Source: an uncultured beta proteobacterium (GTDB lineage Bacteria; Pseudomonadota; Gammaproteobacteria; Burkholderiales; Gallionellaceae). Taken from it: 64,000 nt of DNA. Below are positions 18,380-27,358 of the stretch, in pieces (the first letter of the stretch is position 1; every line of letters begins with the position of its first letter). A program made the translations under genes and the position numbers. Below the pieces are notes generated by a model. It was given only the letters and a program-made list of their open reading frames with translations, searched no databases and had not been told where the DNA came from. The DNA lies in contig CAVXFS010000004.1 of the NCBI GenBank assembly GCA_963761115.1, positions 372,023 through 436,022 of the forward strand, written 5' to 3'.

Positions 18380-18829
18380 ATGGCATTTGAAAACATTTCC
18401 AAAAGACGGCTGACCTTTGCCCCGAAACATATCGTGCTCAGGGAAGATCAGGAGGACCTCAGGATTCTCACGCACAAGACCAACTACGGCTATACCGAAC
18501 GCATCACTGCGCCGTCCAAAATGATCTATGTGATCACTGAAGGCAATCGGGAAATGTTTGAGAAACTCCCCGAACTGACCAGGATCGAAGGCCACCTCTC
18601 GGTGGCGGCAGAAGTGACCCTGATCGTGGCGAAGCTGCAGAAAATCGATGGTGATATGCATGTGCTCGCCGGTGCGCGCTTGTACGCGCCTATGCTGGAA
18701 GAGGTGACCGGCTTCATTTATCTGGAAAACGGCGCTACCGTGAATGCCCCCAAGATCGAGCACCTGTTTGCCAACGATGACGCAGACAAAATCGAAAAAC
18801 AGGCCGATAACTGGCTGGACAGCATGTGA
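18380..18829 (+). CDS. Hypothetical protein with three ~21-residue LRR-like repeats
   Basis: ATG at 18380 follows AAGAGGG. The ORF is 149 aa and I recognise no family. An internal periodicity is visible: LPELTRIEGHLSVAAEVTLIVAK / LQKIDGDMHVLAGARLYAPM / LEEVTGFIYLENGATVNAPK. Confidence 0.55.
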   Translation: MAFENISKRRLTFAPKHIVLREDQEDLRILTHKTNYGYTERITAPSKMIYVITEGNREMFEKLPELTRIEGHLSVAAEVTLIVAKLQKIDGDMHVLAGARLYAPMLEEVTGFIYLENGATVNAPKIEHLFANDDADKIEKQADNWLDSM

Positions 18830-18832
18830 ATA

Positions 18833-18861
18833 GCATAAAGGGGTCAGAGCCCTTTAATTGC
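18833..18861 (+). repeat. REP, family E
   Basis: The sequence GCATAAAGGGGTCAGAGCCCTTTAATTGC matches the first 29 nt of 18154-18190. It overlaps the last codons and stop of the RAYT gene. Confidence 0.9.
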
Positions 18862-19542
18862 AATCGGCGGCCGTCCTCGCCTGGATTGCCCTACTTTTGT
18901 ATCAAGATGTGCCTCCACGCTTGTTTTAAAATAATCATTCCCAAGCGGCGTGCCCGTCTGCCAGGCCGCCCTGATTTGCTTCATATCGTCTTCGTAAATG
19001 TGCGCCTTGAACAATGCGCGGTACGCTTCTTTTCGTTCATCGGATGTTTTACCCAAAGCGCGATAAAGGGGGTGCGGGGTAATGAGGGCATTTTCACGTC
19101 CCTCTCCGTTCGCCCGGTAGCTGGACCAGCGGTATTCCCGTGGATGCGCCACCATGTTGGCGCGAGTGGGATTCAGTTCAATGTAACGCATGCAAGTCAA
19201 TAGATAATCTTCTTCCTGTACCAGGCTTGCCTTGTATCGGCCTTCCCAGATCGTGCCGCTGGTTCCGTAGTTGTAGTTGATGTAGGGCACGTAACGCCTT
19301 CCCACGTATTGCATCATGCGGCTGATTCCTTCGACATCGTCCGGCGTGGCAAGAATGTGTACATGGTTGGTCATCAGGACATAGGCGTGTATGGCACAGT
19401 GATACCGTTCCGCCGCCTCACCAAGCCAGCCCAGATAAGCCGAATAATCCCCATCTTCGTAAAAGACGGCTTTGCGACTATGCCCGCGTTGCACTACATG
19501 TGCCGGAATGGCGGGTATGAAAAATCGGGGTTTTCTAGGCAC
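18844..19542 (-). CDS. REP-associated tyrosine transposase (RAYT, IS200/IS605 Y1 family)
   Basis: The translation is MPRKPRFFIPAIPAHVVQRGHSR...YVLMTNHVHILATP (HUH motif HVH)...RYIELNPTRANMV (catalytic Tyr region)...WSSY. It has a GTG start and is flanked by inverted REPs. Confidence 0.9.
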   Translation of the reverse strand: MPRKPRFFIPAIPAHVVQRGHSRKAVFYEDGDYSAYLGWLGEAAERYHCAIHAYVLMTNHVHILATPDDVEGISRMMQYVGRRYVPYINYNYGTSGTIWEGRYKASLVQEEDYLLTCMRYIELNPTRANMVAHPREYRWSSYRANGEGRENALITPHPLYRALGKTSDERKEAYRALFKAHIYEDDMKQIRAAWQTGTPLGNDYFKTSVEAHLDTKVGQSRRGRPPIAIKGL

Positions 19543-19596
19543 GCCGGATAATCTCTTTACACAATTTTTTGCACCGCACCAGAGGCTGCATTCTTT

Positions 19597-19620
19597 TTAA
19601 AGGGCTCTGCCCCTTTAATT
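19597..19620 (-). repeat. REP, family E variant (opposite orientation)
   Basis: The sequence TTAAAGGGCTCTGCCCCTTTAATT is the reverse-orientation core, with one base missing relative to GGGCTCTGACCCC. Confidence 0.8.
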
Positions 19621-19693
19621 TCTGATGAATTGTGAGATGAGCCAGATTAGGCTTAACTTATTCCGGAAACAATTGGACTGGTTGGATAGGTTG

Positions 19694-19730
19694 CAATTAA
19701 AGCAATTAAAGGGCTCTGACCCCTTTATTA
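19694..19730 (-). repeat. REP, family E (inverted partner of 18154-18190)
   Basis: The sequence is CAATTAAAGCAATTAAAGGGCTCTGACCCCTTTATTA. Confidence 0.9.
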
Positions 19731-19749
19731 TGAGCAGACGTCCCGCAGT

Positions 19750-19777
19750 TTGGAAAATCCGGCAAGTTTGGTAGAAT
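19750..19777 (+). promoter_or_regulatory. Candidate sigma70 promoter for acpP-fabF
   Basis: TTGGAA (19750-19755) is followed by a 16-nt spacer and an extended -10, TGgTAGAAT (19769-19777), 45 bp upstream of the acpP ATG. This is sequence match only. Confidence 0.4.
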
Positions 19778-19822
19778 GCGAGCCGCTTTTTGAAATTTAC
19801 AACCTAATTTAGGGAGAATTGA

Positions 19823-20059
19823 ATGTCTAACATCGAGCAACGCGTCAAGAAGATTGTGGCGGAGCAACTCGGCGTAAATGAATCAGAAGTAAAGAGCGAG
19901 TCATCGTTTGTCAATGACTTGGGGGCAGATTCTCTGGATACGGTTGAATTGGTGATGGCATTGGAAGAGGAATTTGAATGCGAGATCCCTGATGAAGACG
20001 CAGAAAAGATCACCACCGTCCAAGAAGCCATTGACTACGTCAACGCCCACCAGAAGTAA
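19823..20059 (+). CDS. acpP: Acyl carrier protein
   Basis: The translation is [18 protein letters not shown]...[19 protein letters not shown], which contains the phosphopantetheine Ser motif DSLD. The RBS is AGGGAG. Confidence 0.97.
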   Translation: MSNIEQRVKKIVAEQLGVNESEVKSESSFVNDLGADSLDTVELVMALEEEFECEIPDEDAEKITTVQEAIDYVNAHQK

Positions 20060-20095
20060 TCTGTATTCCTATTGATTTCCAGTAGCGGGGTTCCC

Positions 20096-21328
20096 TTGGC
20101 TAAACGCAGGGTTGTTGTTACCGGCTTGGGTATTGTTTCCCCTGTAGGGATCGGGGTGACACAGGCTTGGGCCAACATTGTCGGGGGCAACTCCGGCATC
20201 ACACGCATATCGCAATTCGATCCGTCGGCTTTCGCCTGTCAGGTCGCGGGAGAGGTGCATGGGTTCGATGTGACCCAATATCTCTCGGCCAAGGATGCGC
20301 GCCGCATGGATCGCTTCATTCATCTGGGTCTGGCGGCCGGGATGGAAGCGTTCAAGGATTCTGGACTGGAAGTGACCGAACAGAACGCCGAACGCATCGG
20401 CGTGTGTATCGGTTCCGGCATCGGCGGACTGCCGATGATCGAGGAGACGCATACCGAGTACCTGGCAGCCGGCCCACGCAAGATATCGCCGTTCTTCATT
20501 CCCGGTACCATCATCAACATGATCTCCGGCAACCTGTCCATCATGTACGGGTTGCAGGGGCCGAACCTGGCCATCGTTACCGCCTGTACCACCGGCACCC
20601 ACAGCATCGGCGAGTCCGCGCGCATCATCGAGTATGGCGACGCCGACGTGATGATCGCGGGCGGCGCGGAATCCACCGTATCGCCACTGGCGATCGGCGG
20701 TTTTTCTTCGGCGCGCGCATTGTCCACCCGCAATGACGATCCGGCCACTGCCAGCCGTCCCTGGGACAAGGACCGCGACGGCTTCGTCCTGGGCGAAGGG
20801 TCGGGCGTTTTGGTGCTGGAAGAGTACGAACACGCCAAGGCGCGCAACGCGAAGATCTATGCCGAACTGACCGGTTACGGCACCAGCGCGGATGCCTATC
20901 ACATGACCGCGCCGAGCACCGACGGGCCGCGGCGCAGCATGGTCAACGCCTTGCGCAACGCCGGCTTGAACCCGGACCAGGTGCAATACGTCAATGCGCA
21001 CGGCACTTCGACGCCGCTGGGCGACAAGAACGAGACCGAGGCGATCAAGCTGGCATTCGGCGACCACGCCTACAAGCTGGTGGTGAACTCCACCAAGTCG
21101 ATGACCGGGCACCTGCTCGGCGGTGCCGGCGGCATCGAATCGCTGTTCTGCGTGCTGGCGTTGCATCACCAGATCTCTCCGCCCACTATCAATATCTTCG
21201 AGCAGGATTCGGAGTGCGACCTGGATTATTGCGCCAACAGCGCGCGCGACATGAACATCGAGGTGGCGGTGAACAACAACTTCGGCTTTGGCGGCACCAA
21301 CGGCACGCTGATCTTCAGCAGGATCTGA
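20096..21328 (+). CDS. fabF: 3-oxoacyl-ACP synthase II
   Basis: The N-terminus is [16 protein letters not shown]. The active-site Cys is in [10 protein letters not shown], and HGTSTPLGD and GHLLGGAG are present. The start is uncertain: TTG at 20096 is proposed, while the track ORF begins at 20072. Confidence 0.92.
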   Translation: MAKRRVVVTGLGIVSPVGIGVTQAWANIVGGNSGITRISQFDPSAFACQVAGEVHGFDVTQYLSAKDARRMDRFIHLGLAAGMEAFKDSGLEVTEQNAERIGVCIGSGIGGLPMIEETHTEYLAAGPRKISPFFIPGTIINMISGNLSIMYGLQGPNLAIVTACTTGTHSIGESARIIEYGDADVMIAGGAESTVSPLAIGGFSSARALSTRNDDPATASRPWDKDRDGFVLGEGSGVLVLEEYEHAKARNAKIYAELTGYGTSADAYHMTAPSTDGPRRSMVNALRNAGLNPDQVQYVNAHGTSTPLGDKNETEAIKLAFGDHAYKLVVNSTKSMTGHLLGGAGGIESLFCVLALHHQISPPTINIFEQDSECDLDYCANSARDMNIEVAVNNNFGFGGTNGTLIFSRI

Positions 21329-21339
21329 TCCCATTTTCG

Positions 21340-22149
21340 ATGCTGGTCAATGGCGTATTGAACGACTCGATCGACGCTGCTGACCGTGGTTTGCTGTATG
21401 GCGACGGCATATTCCGCACCTTGCGCATCGCTCACGGAAAACCACAATACTGGTCGCGGCATTACCGCAAGTTGCAGCAGGACTGTACCGCGCTTGATCT
21501 GGCTTGCCCCGACTCCACGCTGTTACTTGATGAACTGCAACGCCTGGCCGGGCAGCAGTCCGGTGGCGTGGCCAGGATCACCATCACGCGGGGATCCGGC
21601 GCACGCGGTTATGCTCCACCGGCCAACGCTGTTCCGGCGCGCATCCTGAGTCTTTCTGCATTGCCAGACTACCCCGAACATTTTTACACCCAGGGCATTC
21701 GCTTGCATCTGTGCGACCTGCGCCTGGCGCAGCAACCGCGACTGGCCGGCATCAAGCATCTCAACCGCCTGGAAAACGTGCTGGCTGCGGCGGAATGGAG
21801 CGATGCGGAGATCGCGGAAGGATTGCTGCTGGATGTCGCGGGTGATGTGGTGTCGGGTACGCGCAGCAACCTGTTCATGGTGCGCGACGGCGCAGTGCAA
21901 ACGCCCGACCTGTCGTTGTGCGGCGTATCCGGTGTGCAGCGCGAACGGGTGCTGGAATGGGCGAGCGCGAACGATATTGCGTGTACGGTTGCGCGCTTCA
22001 CGCTGGCGGAATTGCTTGCTGCGGACGAAGTGTTCCTGGTCAACAGCGTGATCGGCCTGTGGCCGGTGCGCGAACTACAGGGGCGCACCTGGACGCGCCA
22101 TCCGGTGTCGCGGCAAGTACAGGAGTGGCTGCACGATGCGCGCGATTAA
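21340..22149 (+). CDS. pabC: Aminodeoxychorismate lyase (class IV aminotransferase fold)
   Basis: The translation is MLVNGVLNDSIDAADRGLLYGDGIFRTLRI...GIKHLNRLENVLA...LFMVRDGAVQTP. It sits between fabF and mltG, as in E. coli. Confidence 0.85.
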   Translation: MLVNGVLNDSIDAADRGLLYGDGIFRTLRIAHGKPQYWSRHYRKLQQDCTALDLACPDSTLLLDELQRLAGQQSGGVARITITRGSGARGYAPPANAVPARILSLSALPDYPEHFYTQGIRLHLCDLRLAQQPRLAGIKHLNRLENVLAAAEWSDAEIAEGLLLDVAGDVVSGTRSNLFMVRDGAVQTPDLSLCGVSGVQRERVLEWASANDIACTVARFTLAELLAADEVFLVNSVIGLWPVRELQGRTWTRHPVSRQVQEWLHDARD

Positions 22150-23122
22150 GCGGCTGCTGGTGAAGTTGATGGTATTGGTGCTGGTGGTGGTGGGCGTGTT
22201 TGCCTTCTACGGCACGCGTTCGCTGGAGTTGCCCGCAAAGCCGATCACCTTCTCGCTGCAACAGGGCAGCAGCCTCAAGGCAGTGGCGCGACAGTTGCGG
22301 CAGGAAGGCATCCTGCGGAATGAATGGATGTTCATCTGGCTGGCACGAGGCCTTGGCAAAGCCACGCAGATCAAGGCGGGCAACTACGAACTGGAAGGTT
22401 CCGTTACGCCGCTGCAACTGCTCGACATGGTGTCCAGGGGACAGGTGACGCTCGAGCAGATCAGCGTCATCGAAGGCTGGCGCTTCAGCCAGTTCCGCGC
22501 TGCGCTGGATGCCAGTCCCGACCTGCGCCACGACACGACGGCATGGAGCGAAGAGGAAATCCTGCAACATCTCGGTGCCGAGGGTGAGCACGCGGAAGGC
22601 CTGTTCTTTCCGGACACCTATTATTTCGCCAAGGGCGCCAGCGATCTCGACCTGCTGAAACGGTCCTACCTGGCGATGCAGAAACATGTCGAGGATAGCT
22701 GGCAGACGCGCGCGCCCGGCCTGCCGCTGGAGTCGCCCTACCAGGCGTTGATCCTGGCATCCATCGTGGAAAAGGAAACCGGGAAAACCAGCGACCGCGA
22801 CATGGTGGCGGGCGTGTTTATCAATCGCCTGCTCAAGGGCATGCTGTTGCAGACTGATCCCACCGTGATCTACGGCCTCGGCGCGCAGTTCGATGGCAAC
22901 TTGCGCAAGCGCGACTTGCTCACGGATACGCCGTACAATACCTATACCAGAACAGGATTGCCGCCCACGCCGATTTCGTTGCCCGGACTGGCTGCGCTGC
23001 AGGCCGTGCTGCACCCGGCCAAAACCGATGCCCTGTATTTCGTGTCGCGCGGCGATGGCAGTTCGGTATTTTCCCGGACGCTGGAACAGCATAACCGGGC
23101 GGTTAAACGGTATCAGAAGTGA
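22136..23122 (+). CDS. mltG: Endolytic murein transglycosylase MltG (YceG family)
   Basis: It has an N-terminal TM segment and the motifs ILASIVEKET, TDPTVIYG, YNTYTRTGLPPTPISLPG and YFVSRGDG. Confidence 0.9.
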   Translation: MRAIKRLLVKLMVLVLVVVGVFAFYGTRSLELPAKPITFSLQQGSSLKAVARQLRQEGILRNEWMFIWLARGLGKATQIKAGNYELEGSVTPLQLLDMVSRGQVTLEQISVIEGWRFSQFRAALDASPDLRHDTTAWSEEEILQHLGAEGEHAEGLFFPDTYYFAKGASDLDLLKRSYLAMQKHVEDSWQTRAPGLPLESPYQALILASIVEKETGKTSDRDMVAGVFINRLLKGMLLQTDPTVIYGLGAQFDGNLRKRDLLTDTPYNTYTRTGLPPTPISLPGLAALQAVLHPAKTDALYFVSRGDGSSVFSRTLEQHNRAVKRYQK

Positions 23123-23131
23123 AGAGGAGGC

Positions 23132-23219
23132 AGTCGCTAGTCGTTAGTCGTTAGTCGTTAGTTAAAACAAAACCCGCGAAGCGGACAACGCCAACTAGCG
23201 ACTAACGTCTAACGACTAC
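23132..23219. repeat. Long imperfect palindrome, family C (second copy, inverted loop)
   Basis: AGTCGCTAGTCGTTAGTCGTTAGTCGTTAGTT and AACTAGCGACTAACGTCTAACGACTAC flank the loop AAAACAAAACCCGCGAAGCGGACAACGCC. The element lies between the mltG stop and the tmk start. Confidence 0.9.
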
Positions 23220-23230
23220 CAACTCGTTTT

Positions 23231-23833
23231 ATGGGCAAATTCATCACCTTCGAAGGCGTAGACGGTGCCGGCAAGAGCACCCACCTTGAATGGTTCGCCG
23301 AGCGCATACGCAGCCGTGGCCATGAGGTGCTGGTCACGCGCGAGCCTGGCGGCACGCCGCTGGGTGAGCGGCTGCGCGAGATATTGTTGAGCGAGGCGAT
23401 GCATGCCGAGACCGAGGCTTTGCTGATGTTCGCCGCGCGCCGCGAGCATGTCGAGCAGGTGATCCGGCCGGCGCTGCAGCGGGGAAGCTGGGTGATCTCG
23501 GATCGCTTCAGCGATGCCAGTTTCGCCTACCAGGGCGGTGGTCGCGGCGTGGCGACCGAGAAACTGGAGCAGCTGGAACGCTGGGTGCATGCGGACCTGC
23601 AGCCCGACCTGACCCTGCTGTTCGATATCCCGGTGGAAGTGGCGCGGCAGCGTTTGTCGAACAATATTTCGCTCGATCGCTTCGAGCAGGAACAGCAGAG
23701 TTTCTTTGAGCGCGTGCGCGAGGCTTATCTGCAGCGTTACCGCAAGCATCCGCAACGGTTTGCACTGATCGACGCGGCGCGCACGCCGGATGAAGTGAAG
23801 GAATTTCTGAATACCATAATTGCAACGATCTGA
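23231..23833 (+). CDS. tmk: Thymidylate kinase
   Basis: The N-terminus is [17 protein letters not shown] (P-loop) and the motif [14 protein letters not shown] is present. Confidence 0.95.
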   Translation: MGKFITFEGVDGAGKSTHLEWFAERIRSRGHEVLVTREPGGTPLGERLREILLSEAMHAETEALLMFAARREHVEQVIRPALQRGSWVISDRFSDASFAYQGGGRGVATEKLEQLERWVHADLQPDLTLLFDIPVEVARQRLSNNISLDRFEQEQQSFFERVREAYLQRYRKHPQRFALIDAARTPDEVKEFLNTIIATI

Positions 23834-23844
23834 GGTGTCCCGAG

Positions 23845-24855
23845 ATGGTCGAGATGTATCCATGGCAAACCGATATGTGGCAACGCTGGGTGGGTTTGAT
23901 CGCGCGCCAGCCACGTGCCGTATTGTTGCAGGGTCCGCAGGGAACGGGCAAGCTCGAATTCGCCATGACGCTGGCGCAGTCCCTGCTGTGCAGCAAGAAG
24001 ATGTTTTGCGGGCTGGGCTGCGAGAGTTGCGATTCCTGCCACTGGTTCGATCAGGGCGCCCATCCTGATTTTCGGCTGCTGCAGCCGGAGATCCTGTCCG
24101 AGCAGGAGCAGGGTGAAAAGGACAGCAGCAAGAAACCCAGCCGCTTCATAACCGTCGAACAGGTTCGCGGCCTGTCCGATTTCTTCAACCTGTCTTCGCA
24201 TCAGGGCGGGTATCGTGTGGTGATAGTGCATCCGGCCGAAGCGATGAACCAGAATTCCGCCAATGCCCTGCTCAAATCGCTGGAGGAGCCGCAGGGGAAG
24301 ATCCTGTTCATCCTGGTGTCGCACAAACCGCAGCACCTGCTGCCCACCATACGCAGCCGCTGCCTGGTGCTGACCGCTGCCCTGCCGAAAATTGAACAGA
24401 GTGTGGAGTGGCTGCAACAACAGGGTGTGGGCGAGCCGATGTCCTTGTTGTCGCAAGCCGGTTTTGCGCCGCTTCAGGCGTTGCACCTCGCCAAAGAAAC
24501 AAAAGAATCGGGCGAGTACGGCCGTTTTCTGCAGGACATCCGCCAGGCAGGCGGATTCGATGCGCTCGCCCTGGCCGAGCGCATGCAAAAGGTCGAAGTC
24601 GCCCGTTTCGTTCACTGGTTGCAGCAATGGTGTTACGACCTGGCCAGCGCAAAACTGGCGGGGACGGTCAGGTACCATCCGGAATTGGCTGATGTCATCA
24701 GCAAACTCGCCAGCGGGGTAGATACATTCGAACTGCTGCGATTCCAGAAGGAATTGCTGGCGGCGCGGCGCGAAGCGCTGCATCCGTTGAATGCGCGGCT
24801 GTTGTTCGAATCGCTTCTGCTATCCTATCGGCAGACGATGCAGGTATCAGGTTAG
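23845..24855 (+). CDS. holB: DNA polymerase III subunit delta prime
   Basis: Motifs are YPWQ...LLQGPQGTGK, the Zn module CGLGCESCDSCHWFDQGAHPDF, and the SRC motif TIRSRC. An alternative start is ATG at 23854. Confidence 0.88.
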   Translation: MVEMYPWQTDMWQRWVGLIARQPRAVLLQGPQGTGKLEFAMTLAQSLLCSKKMFCGLGCESCDSCHWFDQGAHPDFRLLQPEILSEQEQGEKDSSKKPSRFITVEQVRGLSDFFNLSSHQGGYRVVIVHPAEAMNQNSANALLKSLEEPQGKILFILVSHKPQHLLPTIRSRCLVLTAALPKIEQSVEWLQQQGVGEPMSLLSQAGFAPLQALHLAKETKESGEYGRFLQDIRQAGGFDALALAERMQKVEVARFVHWLQQWCYDLASAKLAGTVRYHPELADVISKLASGVDTFELLRFQKELLAARREALHPLNARLLFESLLLSYRQTMQVSG

Positions 24856-24865
24856 CTTTAGATTT

Positions 24866-25058
24866 GTTCCCTCCCCCTTGCACCCGCAAGGAGTAGGCCG
24901 TGGTTGTAAAGCCGCTAAAGCGGCAACAACCACGCTCCAGGGGGAGGGTTAGGGTGGGGGTAGAGACTCAACCTTTGTACTAGATTGAACGCTCCTACCC
25001 CCATCCCAACCTTCCCCCTGCAAGGGGGAAGGAGCTAAGCAAGCCGCCTTTGGCGGCT
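24866..25058. repeat. Family-A structured repeat element with a nested hairpin insertion
   Basis: CCCTCCCCCTTGCA...CAGGGGGAGGG is interrupted by GTGGTTGTAAAGCCGCTAAAGCGGCAACAACCAC. It is followed by GGGGGTAGAG...CTACCCCCATCC, then CCTTCCCCCTGCAAGGGGGAAGG. Confidence 0.85.
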
Positions 25059-25123
25059 CACGAGACCATCTGTATGAGGGACCACGCAATGAACTCTCTC
25101 GTTTACCGGAATAATTTCACCTA

Positions 25124-25894
25124 ATGTTCATTGACTCACATTGCCATATCAATTTTCCCGGACTGGCGGAGAACCTGGACGAGATCCTGGCCAACATGCG
25201 CAACAACGAAGTCTCGCACGCGCTATGTATCTCGGTGAATCTTGATGACCTGCCGCAGGTACTCCGGCTTGCCGAGCAACATGAGAACATCTACGCCTCG
25301 GTCGGCGTGCATCCGGATTACGAATCGACTGCAGAGCCGACGCAGGCACAGCTGGTGGAACTGGCGCAACGGCCGAAAGTGGTCGCGATCGGCGAGACCG
25401 GCCTCGATTACTTCAGGTTGCAGGGCGATCTGGAATGGCAGCGCGAGCGCTTTCGTATTCATATACGCGCCGCCAGAGAAGCGCATAAACCGCTGGTCAT
25501 ACATACTCGCGCAGCCGCGGCGGACACGCTGCGCATCATGCGCGAGGAGGGTGCAGAGCAGGCGTGCGGCGTGATGCATTGCTTCACCGAAACGCAGGAA
25601 GTCGCCGAGGCCGCGATGGAGATGGGTTTCTATATCTCGTTCTCCGGTATCGTCACCTTCAAGAATGCGGTGGCACTGAAAGAGGTCGCGCGCAGCATCC
25701 GGCTCGAGCGCCTGCTGATCGAAACCGATTCGCCCTATCTGGCGCCGGTGCCGCATCGCGGCAAGACCAACCAGCCCGCATTCGTAATGCATGTGGCGGA
25801 GGAGATCGCCAGGCTGCGCGGCATCTCGCTGGAACAGGTGGGGCAGGCCAGCACGGAAAACTTCCGCCGTCTGTTCGGCGTGCCTGGGTTGTGA
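25124..25894 (+). CDS. TatD family metal-dependent hydrolase (YcfH-like)
   Basis: The translation is MFIDSHCHINF...VGVHP...AIGETGLDY...VIHTR...HCFTE...ETDSPYLAP. It lies after holB, as in E. coli. Confidence 0.9.
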   Translation: MFIDSHCHINFPGLAENLDEILANMRNNEVSHALCISVNLDDLPQVLRLAEQHENIYASVGVHPDYESTAEPTQAQLVELAQRPKVVAIGETGLDYFRLQGDLEWQRERFRIHIRAAREAHKPLVIHTRAAAADTLRIMREEGAEQACGVMHCFTETQEVAEAAMEMGFYISFSGIVTFKNAVALKEVARSIRLERLLIETDSPYLAPVPHRGKTNQPAFVMHVAEEIARLRGISLEQVGQASTENFRRLFGVPGL

Positions 25895-25985
25895 AAAAAT
25901 ATTCAGGGGCTGGAAGTTGACGCATCATTTCCGCTTGTGCGGGAATGGCGCTGTATTGGGTATCATTGTTACGGAAGGACAGATT

Positions 25986-26672
25986 GTGGTAAAGATCATT
26001 ACATGCCTGCTGGCGCTGCTGCTCAGTGCGGGTGTCGCCTCAGGCCAGGAAGCCTCGCGCAAGGCGGAGGCGCGTACTGACGTTGTACAGGCGAAATCAG
26101 GATCGCCGGCAAGCCCGGGAAACCTGTTCAAGATCAGGTCTCCGATCTTGTCGCAGGTGATGATGTTCGTCCTGCCAAAAGGATTCAAGACGGCATTCCA
26201 GGATACGGACGAGAAGAAATTCACGCAGGAATTCATCCTGGACGGAGAAAGCGTGGATAAATGGTCGCAAATGATCATGGCGGTCGCTTATAAGGGTTTG
26301 TCATCGAGTCCTCTGGCCTCACCCGAACAACACGTGACGGCAGTGGGCAACCTGTTCCGGCGCAACTGTCCCGACGCATATAGCGGTGCCAGCCTGGGTA
26401 AAAGCAGGATCGACGGATTTGATGCCTATGCGGCGATCATGAGCTGCGGGTTGGTGAAGCCGGAGGATCCCTACAGCGAAACCACATTGTTCATCGTGAT
26501 CAAGGGGGACAAGGATTTCTATACCCTGCAATGGTCGGTGCGAGGGATGGCGGTCAACAGGCCGATCAGGTTCGATCAGGCCAGGTGGCAGGCGCGCATG
26601 GATAGCCTGGCGCCGATCAAGCTGTGTTCGGACAGAGCGGGCGAGTTCCCGCTCTATCCCGACTGCTTCTAA
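25986..26672 (+). CDS. Hypothetical secreted protein
   Basis: A GTG start at 25986 gives a Sec-type signal (VKIITCLLALLLSAGVASG). I recognise no family. The track ORF start at 25791 overlaps tatD and is unlikely. Confidence 0.5.
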   Translation: MVKIITCLLALLLSAGVASGQEASRKAEARTDVVQAKSGSPASPGNLFKIRSPILSQVMMFVLPKGFKTAFQDTDEKKFTQEFILDGESVDKWSQMIMAVAYKGLSSSPLASPEQHVTAVGNLFRRNCPDAYSGASLGKSRIDGFDAYAAIMSCGLVKPEDPYSETTLFIVIKGDKDFYTLQWSVRGMAVNRPIRFDQARWQARMDSLAPIKLCSDRAGEFPLYPDCF

Positions 26673-26735
26673 CCCGAATCTGTGTGGTTGGCTCAGGCTG
26701 GCCCCATTGATTGTTGAAAAAGGATTGATACCAGT

Positions 26736-27281
26736 ATGAATAAACTTCTAGTGACATTGTTTTCAATCGTGGTCGTGCTGGGCGGATGTGCCTCACCCGA
26801 ACAAATTAATCAGCCGGCGACTGCTTCACAGATCAAGGGCATGTTCCCGCTGCTGCGGAATATCCGGGTTGACGATATTAACGCTGGCAACCGGAAAAGT
26901 TATCTGCAGATATCCGGAATAGACCGCTGGGAATTCAAGCATGCATTGAAAGACGCTTTGGCAAAATCAGGATGGCTGACGGACGATCCTGGCGCAAAAT
27001 ACGTGCTCAAGACCAGGATAGTGGAAGAGGGACAGCCGCCTACGGGGGTGGATATCACGGTGACCAGCGAGATCGAATATAAGCTGGTTCAAACATCGGA
27101 CGGCAGAGAGTTTCTTGATGAACGCGTGCGTGCTTCCAGCACCGACCTGGACCGTACCCGCGAGATGCGCGAACGAATCAAAGCGGCACAAATGGAGTCC
27201 GCGAAAAACACCATTGCGCAACTGATATCAAAGCTGGAAGCATTGATGGCAAAAAGGAACAGGGCTTTAAAGCTGAATTAG
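26736..27281 (+). CDS. Hypothetical lipoprotein
   Basis: The N-terminus MNKLLVTLFSIVVVLGGCASPEQ has the lipobox LGGC. I recognise no family. Confidence 0.6.
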   Translation: MNKLLVTLFSIVVVLGGCASPEQINQPATASQIKGMFPLLRNIRVDDINAGNRKSYLQISGIDRWEFKHALKDALAKSGWLTDDPGAKYVLKTRIVEEGQPPTGVDITVTSEIEYKLVQTSDGREFLDERVRASSTDLDRTREMRERIKAAQMESAKNTIAQLISKLEALMAKRNRALKLN

Positions 27282-27358
27282 GCATGAACCCGGCTTGATT
27301 ATCGTCGGACCAGTCCGGTAAATGATCGCTGCTTTGCGCAGGCAGAAGGTTTCCGGAA

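Larger units (their letters stand above)
18154..19730. mobile_element. REP/RAYT locus (REPtron-like) bounded by 37-bp inverted repeats, with one passenger ORF
   Basis: The outer REPs at 18154-18190 and 19694-19730 are reverse complements, identical at 35 of 37 positions. Inner REP copies lie at 18833-18861 and 19597-19620. The locus encloses ORF 18380..18829 and the RAYT gene 18844..19542. Confidence 0.8.
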
